Notes: a model not told the origin generated them from the letters alone. A stretch of DNA of 64,000 nt from Myxococcota bacterium (GCA_041687695.1 JAWLBL010000001.1:49610-113609), one strand, 5' to 3'. Shown: positions 17,394 to 28,063, numbered from the stretch's first letter. A program made the numbers and translations.

Positions 17394-18574
17394 GCCTCCC
17401 GACGGACATCACCACCCCCGAGGGCGGAGAGCGCTGGTCCTTCGACCGCATCCTGGCGCTCCTCGACGAGCAGCGCCGCACGGGCGTGCTCGAGGTCACG
17501 GCCGGCACGACCCGCACGCGCGTCCACGTCCGAAAGGGCTACGTCAGCCACGCCGAGCGCCGCGACGGCATCGACTGGCCCGTGGGCGCCTACCTGCTCG
17601 ACAGCGGAACCCTGACCGACGTCCAGCTGTTCGAGGCGCGCCGCCAGGCCGAGCGCCGCAACCTGCCCGTCGAGGACGTGCTGGTCGACGGCGGCGTCGT
17701 CAGCGCCGACGTGATGAAGCGGTTCATCGATCTGCAGGTCGCCGAGGTGCTCTACCCGCTCTTCCTCGAGCGCTCCCTCGACATCCGCTTCCTCGAGGAG
17801 CGCCCCGAGACCCCGCGCTTCGCCACCAGCCTGCCCGTCAGCTTCATCCTCAAGGAGGCCGAGCGGCGGGCCGAGCTGTGGCCGCCGCTCCGCCAGCGCG
17901 TCGGCCGCACCACCGCGGTCTTTCGCAAGGACGACGCCCTGCTGCCCGAGATCCTGGGCTACGCGGACCCCGACCCGAAGGCGGAGCCGCTGCCCGAGCT
18001 CAGCGCCGGCGCCCGCGTCGCCTTCTTCCACCTCGGGGGCGCGCGGACCGTCGAGCAGGTCGCCCGCGCCAGCGGCCTCGGCCTGTTCGAGACCTACCGC
18101 GCCCTGGCCGAGCTGCTCGACGCCTACCTCATCACCCTGGCCGACCCCAACGGCAAGGGCGAGCGCCGCGCCGATGGCCCGCCGCCCTGGCGCCACGTGG
18201 TCACCGCGCTGACCTACGCCGTCTTCGCCGCCCTGGTGTTCGGCGGCGTCCAGTGGGTCCGCGGACAGGCCGACGTGCTGACGGTCTCGGCCGCCGACCC
18301 CGCCGGCGAGCTGGGCGCCGTCGCGGGCGCCGTGCGGGCTGCCCAGGTCCGCGACGCGATTCAGCTTTTCCGGCTGCAACGCGGTACCTACCCTGAGTCG
18401 CTCCAGGAGCTGGTGGCGGCGGGCTGGGTGGGCCCCGACGTCGCGCCGCTGCTCGAGCGCATGCGCTATCGACGCCTCATCGACAGCCACACGCTCGAGG
18501 GCCCGAGCCTGGCCCCCCCGCCCACCGACGCCCGGGAATCGGCCGGGGACGCGTCGTCCCCGCCGAACGATTGA
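17390..18574 (+). CDS. DUF4388-like protein with TM and GspG-like C-terminus
   Basis: GTG overlapping the upstream TGA, with GGAGG. ILALLDEQRRTGVLEV...G-x-V-x-HAE; C-terminal AIQLFRLQRGTYPESLQELV. Confidence 0.75.
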   Translation: MSLPTDITTPEGGERWSFDRILALLDEQRRTGVLEVTAGTTRTRVHVRKGYVSHAERRDGIDWPVGAYLLDSGTLTDVQLFEARRQAERRNLPVEDVLVDGGVVSADVMKRFIDLQVAEVLYPLFLERSLDIRFLEERPETPRFATSLPVSFILKEAERRAELWPPLRQRVGRTTAVFRKDDALLPEILGYADPDPKAEPLPELSAGARVAFFHLGGARTVEQVARASGLGLFETYRALAELLDAYLITLADPNGKGERRADGPPPWRHVVTALTYAVFAALVFGGVQWVRGQADVLTVSAADPAGELGAVAGAVRAAQVRDAIQLFRLQRGTYPESLQELVAAGWVGPDVAPLLERMRYRRLIDSHTLEGPSLAPPPTDARESAGDASSPPND

Positions 18575-18592
18575 CGCTTTCGCCGAGGCGCT

Positions 18593-19596
<1,004 letters not shown>

Positions 19597-19600
<4 letters not shown>

Positions 19601-20097
19601 CGACCGCCGCCACCGCCCCGGCCCCCGACGCCGTCGGCGTGCTCTGGGAGCGCGAGGATCCCGAGGACGAGGCCCTGCTGGCGCGCCTCGAGCACCTCGG
19701 CGCCGCCCTGCTGGCCGCCGCCGGCGTGTCCGAGCGCGACCTGTCGATCGTCGTGGTCGACGAGCCCGCCATCCACGCGCTGAACAAGCAGTACCTGGGC
19801 GAGGACAAGCCGACGGACGTCCTCAGCTTCCCGATGGACGAGGGCGAGATCCTGGCCTCGCCCGGTCCGCGGCCCCTGGGCGACGTGGTCATCGGCCTCG
19901 AGGTCGCCGCCGCGCAGGCCCGCGCGCACGGCTGGTCGCTGGACGAGGAGCTGACCTTCCTGCTGGTCCATGGGTTCTGCCACCTGCTGGGCCACGATCA
20001 CGCCGAACCCGGCGAGGCCGCCGAGATGCGGGCCGCCGAGGACCGCCTGCTCGCCGCCGTGGCGCCCGGTCAGCGCCGCCCGCCCACCCCTTACTGA
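19597..20097 (+). CDS. ybeY: rRNA maturation endoribonuclease YbeY
   Basis: [25 protein letters not shown] metal-binding motif; coupled to phoH. Confidence 0.95.
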
Positions 20098-20115
20098 GGG
20101 CCGGCCCCGGCCAGC

Positions 20116-20214
20116 GCCACCACCCACGGCCACGGCCCACCGCCACCGCCTCGGCCACGCCCCACGGCCACGGCCACGGCCCACCGCCACCGCCCACGGC
20201 CACGGCCCACCGCC
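20116..20214. repeat. degenerate GCCACG/GCCACC hexamer tandem repeat
   Basis: Intergenic run with about three copies of cccacggccacggcccaccgcc. Confidence 0.8.
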
Positions 20215-20270
20215 TGCTCCCAGTCCGGTCCGCGTGGCTCGACCGCGCCGGCTCGTGCTAGCCTCGGCCC

Positions 20271-21257
20271 ATGACGTCCGCTCCTCCTCCTCGTCCACGA
20301 CGGCCGCTGGGCCTGGTCTCCATCGGCGACGCGCTGGTGTCCCTGGCGGCGGACGGGCCGCTCGAGGAGGCGGCCGTCTTCCGGCGCGGACAGCTGGGCG
20401 ACGCGCTGGCCGTGGCCATCGGGGCCGCACGGCTGGGGCTCGAGGCGGCCTTCGTGACCCGGGTCGGCGAGGACCCGTTCACGGCGGGGCTGCTGGCCTC
20501 CTGGGAGCGCGAGGGCTTGCACCTGGACTACGTCCGGCGCGCGCCGGGACGCAACGGGCTCGCCCTCATCGGGGCCGGCGCCGACGGGCGGCAGGTCCTG
20601 CCCTACCGCGACGGGACCGCGGCCCAGGGCCTCGAGCCGGGCGACGTGGTCGACGTCCCCTGGGACCGCACCGATCTGGTCTTCGCCACCGGGGCCACCC
20701 AGGCGCTCGGGGCCTCCGCCCGCGAGGCGGTCGCCACCGCCTTCGGCCGCGCGCGGCAGGCCGGCGTCACCACCGTCTACGACCCGATGCTGCGCCCGGG
20801 CACCTGGCCGGGCGACGCCGCGCCCCTGTTCCGCGCCGCCTTCGACGAGGTCCTGCCGCTGACCGACCTCCTGATCCTCAGCGCGCCGTGGGCCAGCGGC
20901 CGCCTGCTGGAGCAGCCCACCCCCGAGGGGGCCGCCCACGAGGCGCGCCGCCGTGGCGTGCCGCAGGTCATCGTCCGCGACGGGCCGCGCGGCTGCGTCG
21001 TCGCCGACTCCCAGGGCGTGCTGCGCCTGGACGCGGCCGAGGCCCCCGAGGTGCTGCGGCCCATCCTGGCCTCAGCCGGCTTCGACGCGGGCCTGGTCGC
21101 GGCGCTCCACCGCGGGCTGCCCCTGCGCCGGGCCGCCGACGTCGCCCTGGACGCCATGGCCCTGGCCGTGGCCGGTCGCGGCGACCTGGACGACCTGCCC
21201 TTTCGCGACCAACTGGACGCCCGCCGCGTCGGCCGAGGTCGCGAGCCGCTGCCCTGA
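20271..21257 (+). CDS. PfkB/KDG-kinase-like protein with degenerate active site
   Basis: VSIGD, AARLG...TRVGEDPF, YDPMLRP-x2-W and DGPRG are present; the C-terminal DTxGAGD motif is replaced by RPILASA. Confidence 0.8.
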   Translation: MTSAPPPRPRRPLGLVSIGDALVSLAADGPLEEAAVFRRGQLGDALAVAIGAARLGLEAAFVTRVGEDPFTAGLLASWEREGLHLDYVRRAPGRNGLALIGAGADGRQVLPYRDGTAAQGLEPGDVVDVPWDRTDLVFATGATQALGASAREAVATAFGRARQAGVTTVYDPMLRPGTWPGDAAPLFRAAFDEVLPLTDLLILSAPWASGRLLEQPTPEGAAHEARRRGVPQVIVRDGPRGCVVADSQGVLRLDAAEAPEVLRPILASAGFDAGLVAALHRGLPLRRAADVALDAMALAVAGRGDLDDLPFRDQLDARRVGRGREPLP

Positions 21258-21368
21258 GCCCGATCCGGCGCGCCCACGCGGCCCTCGCGGGACCGCTCGA
21301 GGGGCCTCCGGTTTCTTGGTTGCAGGTCGCCCTGTTACCGGCCGAAATGAACGGATGGCACAGAGCAG

Positions 21369-21398
21369 TTGGCAGAGGCGCTCGCTCGAATGTATCCT
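21369..21398 (+). promoter_or_regulatory. putative sigma70-type promoter of the candidate sRNA
   Basis: TTGGCA-N18-TATCCT, ending 6 nt before the first hairpin. Confidence 0.5.
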
Positions 21399-21404
21399 GT
21401 CGCC

Positions 21405-21550
21405 GTTCGGGTGTAGACCTGTCCCCCTCTCAGGCCTGGACAAGTTTGCATCGGAACTGGCCGGCGTGGACTCTTGCCTGTCGAGGACGCGTCGGGACCC
21501 CCACTGGCCGATGGTGACCTGCCCCCGGGCGCCATCGGCCATATTTCTTT
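21405..21550 (+). ncRNA. candidate three-stem-loop small RNA or leader
   Basis: SL1 21405-21457 (20-bp stem, 2 mismatches, several G-U pairs), SL2 21461-21495, SL3 21505-21541 followed by TATTTCTTT. Confidence 0.6.
21505..21550 (+). terminator. intrinsic terminator
   Basis: TGGCCGATGGTG...CGCCATCGGCCA stem followed by a T-rich tract. Confidence 0.75.
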
Positions 21551-21565
21551 CTCCCGAGGCCCATC

Positions 21566-21907
21566 GTGGAACCGTCGTATCGGCTCCTTTGGCGGCTGCC
21601 GGACGGTGACGAGGTCGCCGCCGACGGTTACCGGCCGCTCAACCTGCTGGCGCACGCCGACATGATCGATCTGGATCTGCCGCAGGCCTGCGGCGGTCAG
21701 GCCGAGTGCGGCACCTGCCGGGTCCGCGTCGTCTCGGGCGAGGTGACGCCGCCCACGCCCGACGAGCTCGAGCTGCGCGCCCGCTTCCCGCGCCGCTTCG
21801 CCGAGGGCGAGCGCCTGTCGTGCCGCGCCCGCCCCCGCGGGGATCTGGTCATCGAGCCGCTGCGGGTCCGGCCGCCCGACCTGCGCGATCTCGAAGACGA
21901 GGCCTGA
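21566..21907 (+). CDS. 2Fe-2S ferredoxin
   Basis: ACGGQAECGTC...RLSC cysteine pattern. Confidence 0.9.
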   Translation: MEPSYRLLWRLPDGDEVAADGYRPLNLLAHADMIDLDLPQACGGQAECGTCRVRVVSGEVTPPTPDELELRARFPRRFAEGERLSCRARPRGDLVIEPLRVRPPDLRDLEDEA

Positions 21908-21914
21908 CGGATCG

Positions 21915-22604
21915 TCAGCCGCGCTCGAAGAGCCACGGCCGGAGCGTCGCGAGATCGGGCCCGGGCTCGTGCCGGTGGGCCACGCGCCGCAGCGGCGCCG
22001 GCGCCTCGCCCCAGGCGATCGAGAAGCCCGCGGCCCGCGCCACGTCGACGTCGTTGGGGCCGTCGCCCACGAAGGCCGTCCGGCGCAGCGACACGCCCAG
22101 GCGCTCGGTCAGGTGCCGCAGGCCGGTCACCTTGTGCTGCTGGTCATACGGGGTCGCGGCGCCGCCCGCGATGCGGCCGTCGGCGTCGAAGCGGATCCGG
22201 TTGATCCAGACCTCGTCGAACGTCAGCTCCGGCAGGACGGCCTCGAGGACGAGGTCGAGCCCGCCCGAGAGCACCGCCACCGGGCAACCGGCCGCCCGGA
22301 GATCGGTGACGAGCGCGACCGCGCCGGGCGCCGGCCGCAGGTGCGCGACGGCGTCGAGGAGCCGCTGCCGGGTCGCGCCGGCGGCCGCGAGCATCTCGAG
22401 ATCGGCGGCAAACCACTGGGCGTAGGTGATGCGGCCGGCCAGCGCGTCGGCCAGCACCGCGCGGCGGCGCTCGCGATCGGAGCCCAGGCGCTCGTGCAGC
22501 GTCTTCCAGATGGGCTCGTGGTGGGCGATGAGGGTGCCGTCGAGGTCGAAGACGACCAGATCGTAACGGCTGGCGAGCCGGGTCCGGGCGGCGGGCTGGG
22601 TCAA
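21915..22604 (-). CDS. HAD-superfamily hydrolase (phosphoserine phosphatase-like)
   Basis: FDLDGTL, LSGG, K, VGDGPND motifs. Confidence 0.88.
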   Translation of the reverse strand: MTQPAARTRLASRYDLVVFDLDGTLIAHHEPIWKTLHERLGSDRERRRAVLADALAGRITYAQWFAADLEMLAAAGATRQRLLDAVAHLRPAPGAVALVTDLRAAGCPVAVLSGGLDLVLEAVLPELTFDEVWINRIRFDADGRIAGGAATPYDQQHKVTGLRHLTERLGVSLRRTAFVGDGPNDVDVARAAGFSIAWGEAPAPLRRVAHRHEPGPDLATLRPWLFERG

Positions 22605-22679
22605 GGGCTGCTCCCTGTCGGGTCGGTGGTGTAGTGTCGCCCAACTTCCCGGACGCGGACATCATTTCGAGGAGCCCCG

Positions 22680-23015
22680 ATGAGCACCATCTTCGGCAAG
22701 ATCGTTCGGCGCGAGCTGCCGGCGGACATCGTCTACGAGGACGACGACGTGCTGGCCTTCAAGGACCTGCACCCGGCGGCGCCGGTGCACGTCCTGGTCG
22801 TGCCCAAACGAGAGATCACCAGCATCGGCGCCATGGCCGACGACGACGCCGAGCTGGTCGGCAAGTGCCTCGTGGCGTGCCGGCGCGTGGCGGAGGCCGC
22901 CGGGCTGGAGGACTTCCGGGTCGTGACCAACAGCGGCGCCGGGGCCGGCCAGTCGGTCTTCCACCTGCACTTCCACGTGCTGGGCGGACGTTCGCTGCGC
23001 TGGCCGCCGGGCTGA
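22680..23015 (+). CDS. histidine triad (HIT) nucleotide-binding protein
   Basis: TIFGKIV, AGQSVFHLHFHVLGGR, WPPG; GAGGAG RBS. Confidence 0.95.
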   Translation: MSTIFGKIVRRELPADIVYEDDDVLAFKDLHPAAPVHVLVVPKREITSIGAMADDDAELVGKCLVACRRVAEAAGLEDFRVVTNSGAGAGQSVFHLHFHVLGGRSLRWPPG

Positions 23016-23034
23016 GGGGCCTCGCGCCCGGCCG

Positions 23035-24549
23035 TCACCAGCGCATGACGGCCGGGCGGACGCGCGCGTAGGCGAAGCGGGACAGGACCTGCACGACGGC
23101 GACCAGCGGGACGGCCATCACGGCGCCCTTGATGCCGAAGTAGTGCTCTCCGGCGATGAGCGCGAAGACCACGATGACCGGGTGGATCTTGGCGTTCGAG
23201 CCGATGATCTTGGGGTTGAGCACGTTCGACTCGAGCAGGTGGATGAAGACGAGCCAGAGCAGGACCAGGACGGCGGTCATGGTCCCGTGGGTCAGGGCCA
23301 CCAGCAGCGCCGGGATGGTGCTGATGATCATCCCGAAGATGGGGATGAGGCTCAGCACGCCCGCGAACACGGCCAGCACCAGCGCGTACTCGGGGATGAA
23401 GATGAGATAGCCGATGCCGCTCAGGACGCCGTTGACCAGGCAGATCATGAGCTGCCCACGCACCACGCCGGCGAGGCTCAGGTCGAGCTCGTGGACGAGG
23501 CGTTGGTAGTGGCCGGTGAAGCGCGGCGGGACCAGGCCGCGGAAGAAGCGTTGGATGGGCTTCAGATCGATGAGCAGGAAGGCCGCGACCATGAAGGTCA
23601 GGATGAGGCCGACGAGGAAGCCCACGAAGCCGCGGAGGCCGTCCTGGACGATCTCGACCGTGCCGCGGACCAGCCCCTCGGTGAGGCGCTCGAGCCCCTC
23701 GCGCAGCTTGGCGATGACCGACTCGCGGAGGTTCTCGATGCGCGAGACGGCCGGCGCGCCCTCGCGCGGCACCAGGGTGTAGCGCCCCTCACCCTGGTCG
23801 AGCAGCTCGACCGGGACCTGGTTGATGCGCACGCCCCAGGTGCCCTCGCCCAGGCGCTCCAGGACGACGTTGGCGCGGCGGGCCGCCTCGTCGACCTCCT
23901 CGAGCGAGCGCGGGAGCGCGCCGTCGTCGCGGTCGGGCAGGCGGAGCTCCTCGAGCCGGATGAGGTCGCGCACGGAGACCGGGAAGCTGACGTCGTCGAG
24001 GCGCGGGATGTCGGCGCGGACGAGATCCGGGGCGAGGCCGAGGTTGGGGCCGAGGCCCCAGCGGCTGGCGTCGGCCGCCTCGCCGGTGGCCTCGGGGCGC
24101 TCGGCGCGGCGGCGCGAGGGGGGCTCGGCGCCCAGGGCCGAGCGGAGGTTCTCCTCGAAGCGGCCGTAGTAGGAGGGGGCGTCGGTGAGGAAGCCCTGCA
24201 CGGCCGCGCCGAGGCGTCGCGCCTCGTACTCGAGCTTGGGGATGGTGTAGTAGACGAAGCCGACCGTGGTGCCGAAGAGCAGGAGGTAGCTGGTGATGAC
24301 GGCGACCCAGCGCGGCATCCAGGGGGTCAGGCGCTCGACCAGGGGGGCCATGATGTAGGCCAGGATGAGCGCCAGCAGGAACGGCATCAGGACGTCGGCG
24401 ACGGCCATGACGGCGACGGCGAGCGCCGCGGCCATCCCCACGAAGACGAGGCGCGCGCGGCGGTCACCACGACCGCCGCCGGGACCGGCGGGGCGCGGCC
24501 GGGCGCGCGGGGCGGCGGCAGGGGCGGAGGGCCGGTATGGCGCAGGCAT
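23035..24549 (-). CDS. AI-2E family transporter with long hydrophilic insertion
   Basis: PFLLALILAYIMAPLV, VRGQL, LIPIFG, ESNVLNPKIIG-x4-IHPV. Confidence 0.88.
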   Translation of the reverse strand: MPAPYRPSAPAAAPRARPRPAGPGGGRGDRRARLVFVGMAAALAVAVMAVADVLMPFLLALILAYIMAPLVERLTPWMPRWVAVITSYLLLFGTTVGFVYYTIPKLEYEARRLGAAVQGFLTDAPSYYGRFEENLRSALGAEPPSRRRAERPEATGEAADASRWGLGPNLGLAPDLVRADIPRLDDVSFPVSVRDLIRLEELRLPDRDDGALPRSLEEVDEAARRANVVLERLGEGTWGVRINQVPVELLDQGEGRYTLVPREGAPAVSRIENLRESVIAKLREGLERLTEGLVRGTVEIVQDGLRGFVGFLVGLILTFMVAAFLLIDLKPIQRFFRGLVPPRFTGHYQRLVHELDLSLAGVVRGQLMICLVNGVLSGIGYLIFIPEYALVLAVFAGVLSLIPIFGMIISTIPALLVALTHGTMTAVLVLLWLVFIHLLESNVLNPKIIGSNAKIHPVIVVFALIAGEHYFGIKGAVMAVPLVAVVQVLSRFAYARVRPAVMRW

Positions 24550-24614
24550 CAGCCCGAGTCTAGCGGGGCGGCGCCCTCAGGCAATCGAGCGGGCCCGGGC
24601 GCGGGGCGGCCCCG

Positions 24615-27512
24615 TCAGGGCGTGGTCGTCGGCGCGAACGGATCGAGGTCCGGGGCTGGCTGATCCTGGGCCGTCTTGAAGCGGGGCGACCAGGGCGAGG
24701 CGGCCAGGAACTCGGCCTCGGAGAGCTTGCCGCGGTCGACCATGACGCTCATGATCCAGCGCAGGTGCCGCCGCCAGCCGTCGGTGACCTCGCCGCGCTT
24801 GTACTGGTGGTAGTAGCGCTTGGGGCTGGGGATGAGGCTGACCAGGAACACCGACTCGAGGGCGCTCAGCTCGGCCGGGTGCTTGGCGAAGTAGTGGTCG
24901 GCGGCGCGCGTGATGCCGTAGATGCCCGGGCCCCACTCGATGACGTTGAGGTACAGCTCCATGATGCGCTCCTTGGGCAGGGCGCTCTCGAGCTGCCAGG
25001 TGATGAACATCTCCTGGAGCTTGCGCGAGATGGTCTTGGAGCGGCTGAGGAACAGGTTCTTGACCAGCTGCTGGCTGATGGTGCTGGCGCCGCGGACGAA
25101 GCCGCCCTTCTTGAGGTTGGTGACGAGCGACTCGCGGATGGCGAAGGGCGAAAAGCCCGAGTGGCGGAAGAAGCTGCCGTCCTCGGTCGTGGTGACCGCC
25201 TGAACGACGTGGGGGCTGACCTGGTCGAGGGACGTCCACGAGGGCGAGCCGGGGCCGACGAGCATCTCGCGGACGGTGCCGTCGCTCTCCTCGAGGCGGT
25301 GGACGAAGGTGCCGGCCACGGCGCCGAGGTTCAGGCGGTGGCCCAGATCGAGCACCTTGAAGGCCTGCAGCTCGGGGTAGGTGTTGTAGACGAGGCCGTC
25401 GACGTTGGCGGTGTCGAGGTTGAAGTCGAGCTGCCACGACAGGGTGCCGGCGACCTGCAGGCCCTCGAGCATGGGGATGAGCTCGAGCGGCAGCGAGTCG
25501 ACGACGTCCTGGCAGCGGGTGCGCTCGAGGCGGAGGGCGCCGGAGAGCTTGGGGGCCGCGTCGTACTCGGCGACGTCGCCGCGCACCGTGAGCGCGACCT
25601 TGCCGAGCTTCACCTGGCTCTTGCTGAGGACGAAGGTCTTGCGGGCGCGGTCGAGCTGGACGGAGAAGGTCGCGTCGACGTCGATGCCGGTCATGGCGTC
25701 GGAGGCGACCGCCGGGTGGTAGACGGCGAGGTCGGTCGCCGCGACTCGGCCCTCGACCCGGGCTACCTGGCTGGAGGGCGACCAGACCAGGGTCAGGTCG
25801 GTGTCGTGCAGGGCGGTGGTCTCGGAGACGGGGAACGCCTCGGGGACGATGTGGCGATAGGGATGCAGCGCGAGGCGGCCGAGGTCCCCGTGGAGCTGCA
25901 CGTCGCCGGTGTCGAGGTGGACCCGCCCATCGACGACGTTGGTGTCGCGGCCGGCGCCGGGGACGATGAAGGAGGCCTTCCACTCGAGGAGGTCGCCCGC
26001 GCGGGCGAGATCGAGGTCGAAGTTCTCGAGGCGCTCGTCGAGGCGGAGGCCGCCGGCGGTCGGGCTGGCCATGTCGCGCCAGACGAAGTGGCCGCCGCGG
26101 ACCGCCAGCTTGCGCAGGGGCAGCCGCCCGGCGACGGCACGCGCGCGTCGGGAGCCGCGGTCGAGTTCCCGCTCGGCGCGGGCGAACAGGGCGATGAGCG
26201 CCTGACGCAGCTCGTCGCCGTCCGCCTGGGTGGCCGCGCCGGTCAGGCGGCGGCTGGCGGCGCGGGTCGCCTCCATCAGGACGCCGAGGGCCTTGTCGGG
26301 GCCCACGTCGGCGGCGACGGCGGCGGCCGGGATCTCGGCCGCGCCGCCCAGCCCCGGGCCGACCAGATCGCTGAAGTTGTGGCCCTGCGGGCGCCGCTCG
26401 AAGACCAGGGCCGGCTGGTGCAGCTCGATGAGCGCCAGGGCGCCCAGGACCTCGCCCGCCCCGCCCTGCCCCGCCGCGAGCCGGCGGGCCGCCGTGAGCA
26501 GGCTGGGCACGTCGGGCACGAGCCGCACGCGCCGGATGGACACGGCCGGGTCGACCGGCTCGTCGGCGGCGAAGCCCTCGGGCGGCGCCGGGACCGAGAG
26601 CGCGACGTCGTCGAGCTCGAGCGCCTGGTCCTGCCAGCGGACGGCGCCCACGGCGGCGACCCGGGCGCCGACCACCGCGCGGATGGGACGATCGAAGCGG
26701 ACCGACAGCGGCCCCGGGCCGGCGTCGAGGCCGCCGCCGAGCGGCAAGACGCCCTGGACGGTCAGGCCCTGGCCCGGATCGAGCGACGTCTCGTGGAAGC
26801 GCAGCTCGACGGTGAGGTTGTCGTCCTCCTTGAGCAGGGCCGTGTTGCGGGCGACCAGCTCGCCGCCCTCGAGGCGGATGACCCTGGGCAGGTGGAGCGG
26901 CTCGGGGACGCGGACGCCCTGGCCGTCGAGCGTGACCTCGAGGTCCGAGGCCCGGACCTCGGGCAGGTGGCGCACCAGGAACCGCCCGAGGCCGCCGCCG
27001 CCGCCGCCTTCGCGGCCCGGCTTGGGGCGCGCGAGGTCGCGCAGGCCGGTCAGCGCCCTGCGGAAGTTGTCCGAGCCGTCGCCCCGCCGCACGAGGTGGA
27101 CGCGCGCGCCGTCGAGCGCAACGTCGCGCAGCTTGACGCGCGCGCGCAGCCAGCCGACGTCGGCCCGCACGGTCACCCGGTCCAGGGTCGCGAGGGCCGG
27201 CTCGTCGCCGCCGGGCGCGACGCCCTCGGCGCGGACGACGACGTCGGTCAGCGTGACCGTGCCGCCGAAGCTCCAGTCGGCCGAGCCCCAGGTGACGTCG
27301 ACGCCCAGCGCGCGCTCGACGCGCGCCTCGATGCGCTGGCCGGCCCGCTCGATCATGCCGGGGGTCCCCGCGGCCAGCCCGGCGGCGACGGCCACCAGGA
27401 AGACGAGCAGGTGTGCGGCGACTCTCAAGGGGGACAGCCTCGCGCGCCCGCGGGGGCGCCAGGGAGGGGCGAACGACCGGGCCGGAGTACCATGGCGCCC
27501 GGCGTCCCTCAA
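24615..27512 (-). CDS. monofunctional peptidoglycan transglycosylase (GT51) with long AsmA-like N-terminal region
   Basis: EDGSFFRHSG, GASTISQQLVKN, RKLQE, KERIMELYLN; no transpeptidase domain. Start uncertain. Confidence 0.85.
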   Translation of the reverse strand: MRDAGRHGTPARSFAPPWRPRGRARLSPLRVAAHLLVFLVAVAAGLAAGTPGMIERAGQRIEARVERALGVDVTWGSADWSFGGTVTLTDVVVRAEGVAPGGDEPALATLDRVTVRADVGWLRARVKLRDVALDGARVHLVRRGDGSDNFRRALTGLRDLARPKPGREGGGGGGLGRFLVRHLPEVRASDLEVTLDGQGVRVPEPLHLPRVIRLEGGELVARNTALLKEDDNLTVELRFHETSLDPGQGLTVQGVLPLGGGLDAGPGPLSVRFDRPIRAVVGARVAAVGAVRWQDQALELDDVALSVPAPPEGFAADEPVDPAVSIRRVRLVPDVPSLLTAARRLAAGQGGAGEVLGALALIELHQPALVFERRPQGHNFSDLVGPGLGGAAEIPAAAVAADVGPDKALGVLMEATRAASRRLTGAATQADGDELRQALIALFARAERELDRGSRRARAVAGRLPLRKLAVRGGHFVWRDMASPTAGGLRLDERLENFDLDLARAGDLLEWKASFIVPGAGRDTNVVDGRVHLDTGDVQLHGDLGRLALHPYRHIVPEAFPVSETTALHDTDLTLVWSPSSQVARVEGRVAATDLAVYHPAVASDAMTGIDVDATFSVQLDRARKTFVLSKSQVKLGKVALTVRGDVAEYDAAPKLSGALRLERTRCQDVVDSLPLELIPMLEGLQVAGTLSWQLDFNLDTANVDGLVYNTYPELQAFKVLDLGHRLNLGAVAGTFVHRLEESDGTVREMLVGPGSPSWTSLDQVSPHVVQAVTTTEDGSFFRHSGFSPFAIRESLVTNLKKGGFVRGASTISQQLVKNLFLSRSKTISRKLQEMFITWQLESALPKERIMELYLNVIEWGPGIYGITRAADHYFAKHPAELSALESVFLVSLIPSPKRYYHQYKRGEVTDGWRRHLRWIMSVMVDRGKLSEAEFLAASPWSPRFKTAQDQPAPDLDPFAPTTTP

Positions 27513-27592
27513 GAAACGGGAAGGCCGCCGCGACGCGGGAGATCCGCGGCGGGCGGCCTGGAGGGCGGCTCGGGCGCGAGGCCCGCGCCGGG

Positions 27593-28027
27593 TCAGTCGC
27601 TGGACGTGATGACGGTGACGGCGATGAGGCCGACCGCGACGCTGACGCCGAGGGCGATGAGGCCGACGGTCTTGGGCGTCGAGAGGAGGTCCACCTCGTA
27701 GGACTGGATCTCGCCGAGGGCGAGCAGCGTGTCGCGGTCGGAGGCGACGAGCTGGCTGCCGGTCATCTTGAAGTTGAAAGGGGTGATGGGGTAGCGGCGC
27801 CCGCCCACCGAGCGGACGTACAGCGGGGTCTCACGGTCGACGACGACCTGGTCTCCCGAGTTGCTGGTGACGGTGCGCGGGACCTCTTCCGCGGTCTGCA
27901 GCGCGGCGAACTCTTCCTGCGAGACGCGGTAGGTGTTGAAGCAGCCGGACAGCGCCGCCATCAGGAAGGCGACGGTCGTGGCGAGCGCGGTGGCGCGACC
28001 GGTGCGCCGAGCGGTGGAGATGCGCAT
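27593..28027 (-). CDS. small lipoprotein with C-terminal hydrophobic helix
   Basis: Lipobox LSGC; C-terminal VGLIALGVSVAVGLIAVTVI. Confidence 0.8.
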   Translation of the reverse strand: MRISTARRTGRATALATTVAFLMAALSGCFNTYRVSQEEFAALQTAEEVPRTVTSNSGDQVVVDRETPLYVRSVGGRRYPITPFNFKMTGSQLVASDRDTLLALGEIQSYEVDLLSTPKTVGLIALGVSVAVGLIAVTVITSSD

Positions 28028-28063
28028 GGACCCTCGTGGAGCCGGTTGTCAAGAGCGGGGCGC

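Noticed and set aside
21355..21375. TGGCAC as a sigma54 promoter
   Set aside because: No TTGC at the required -12 spacing.
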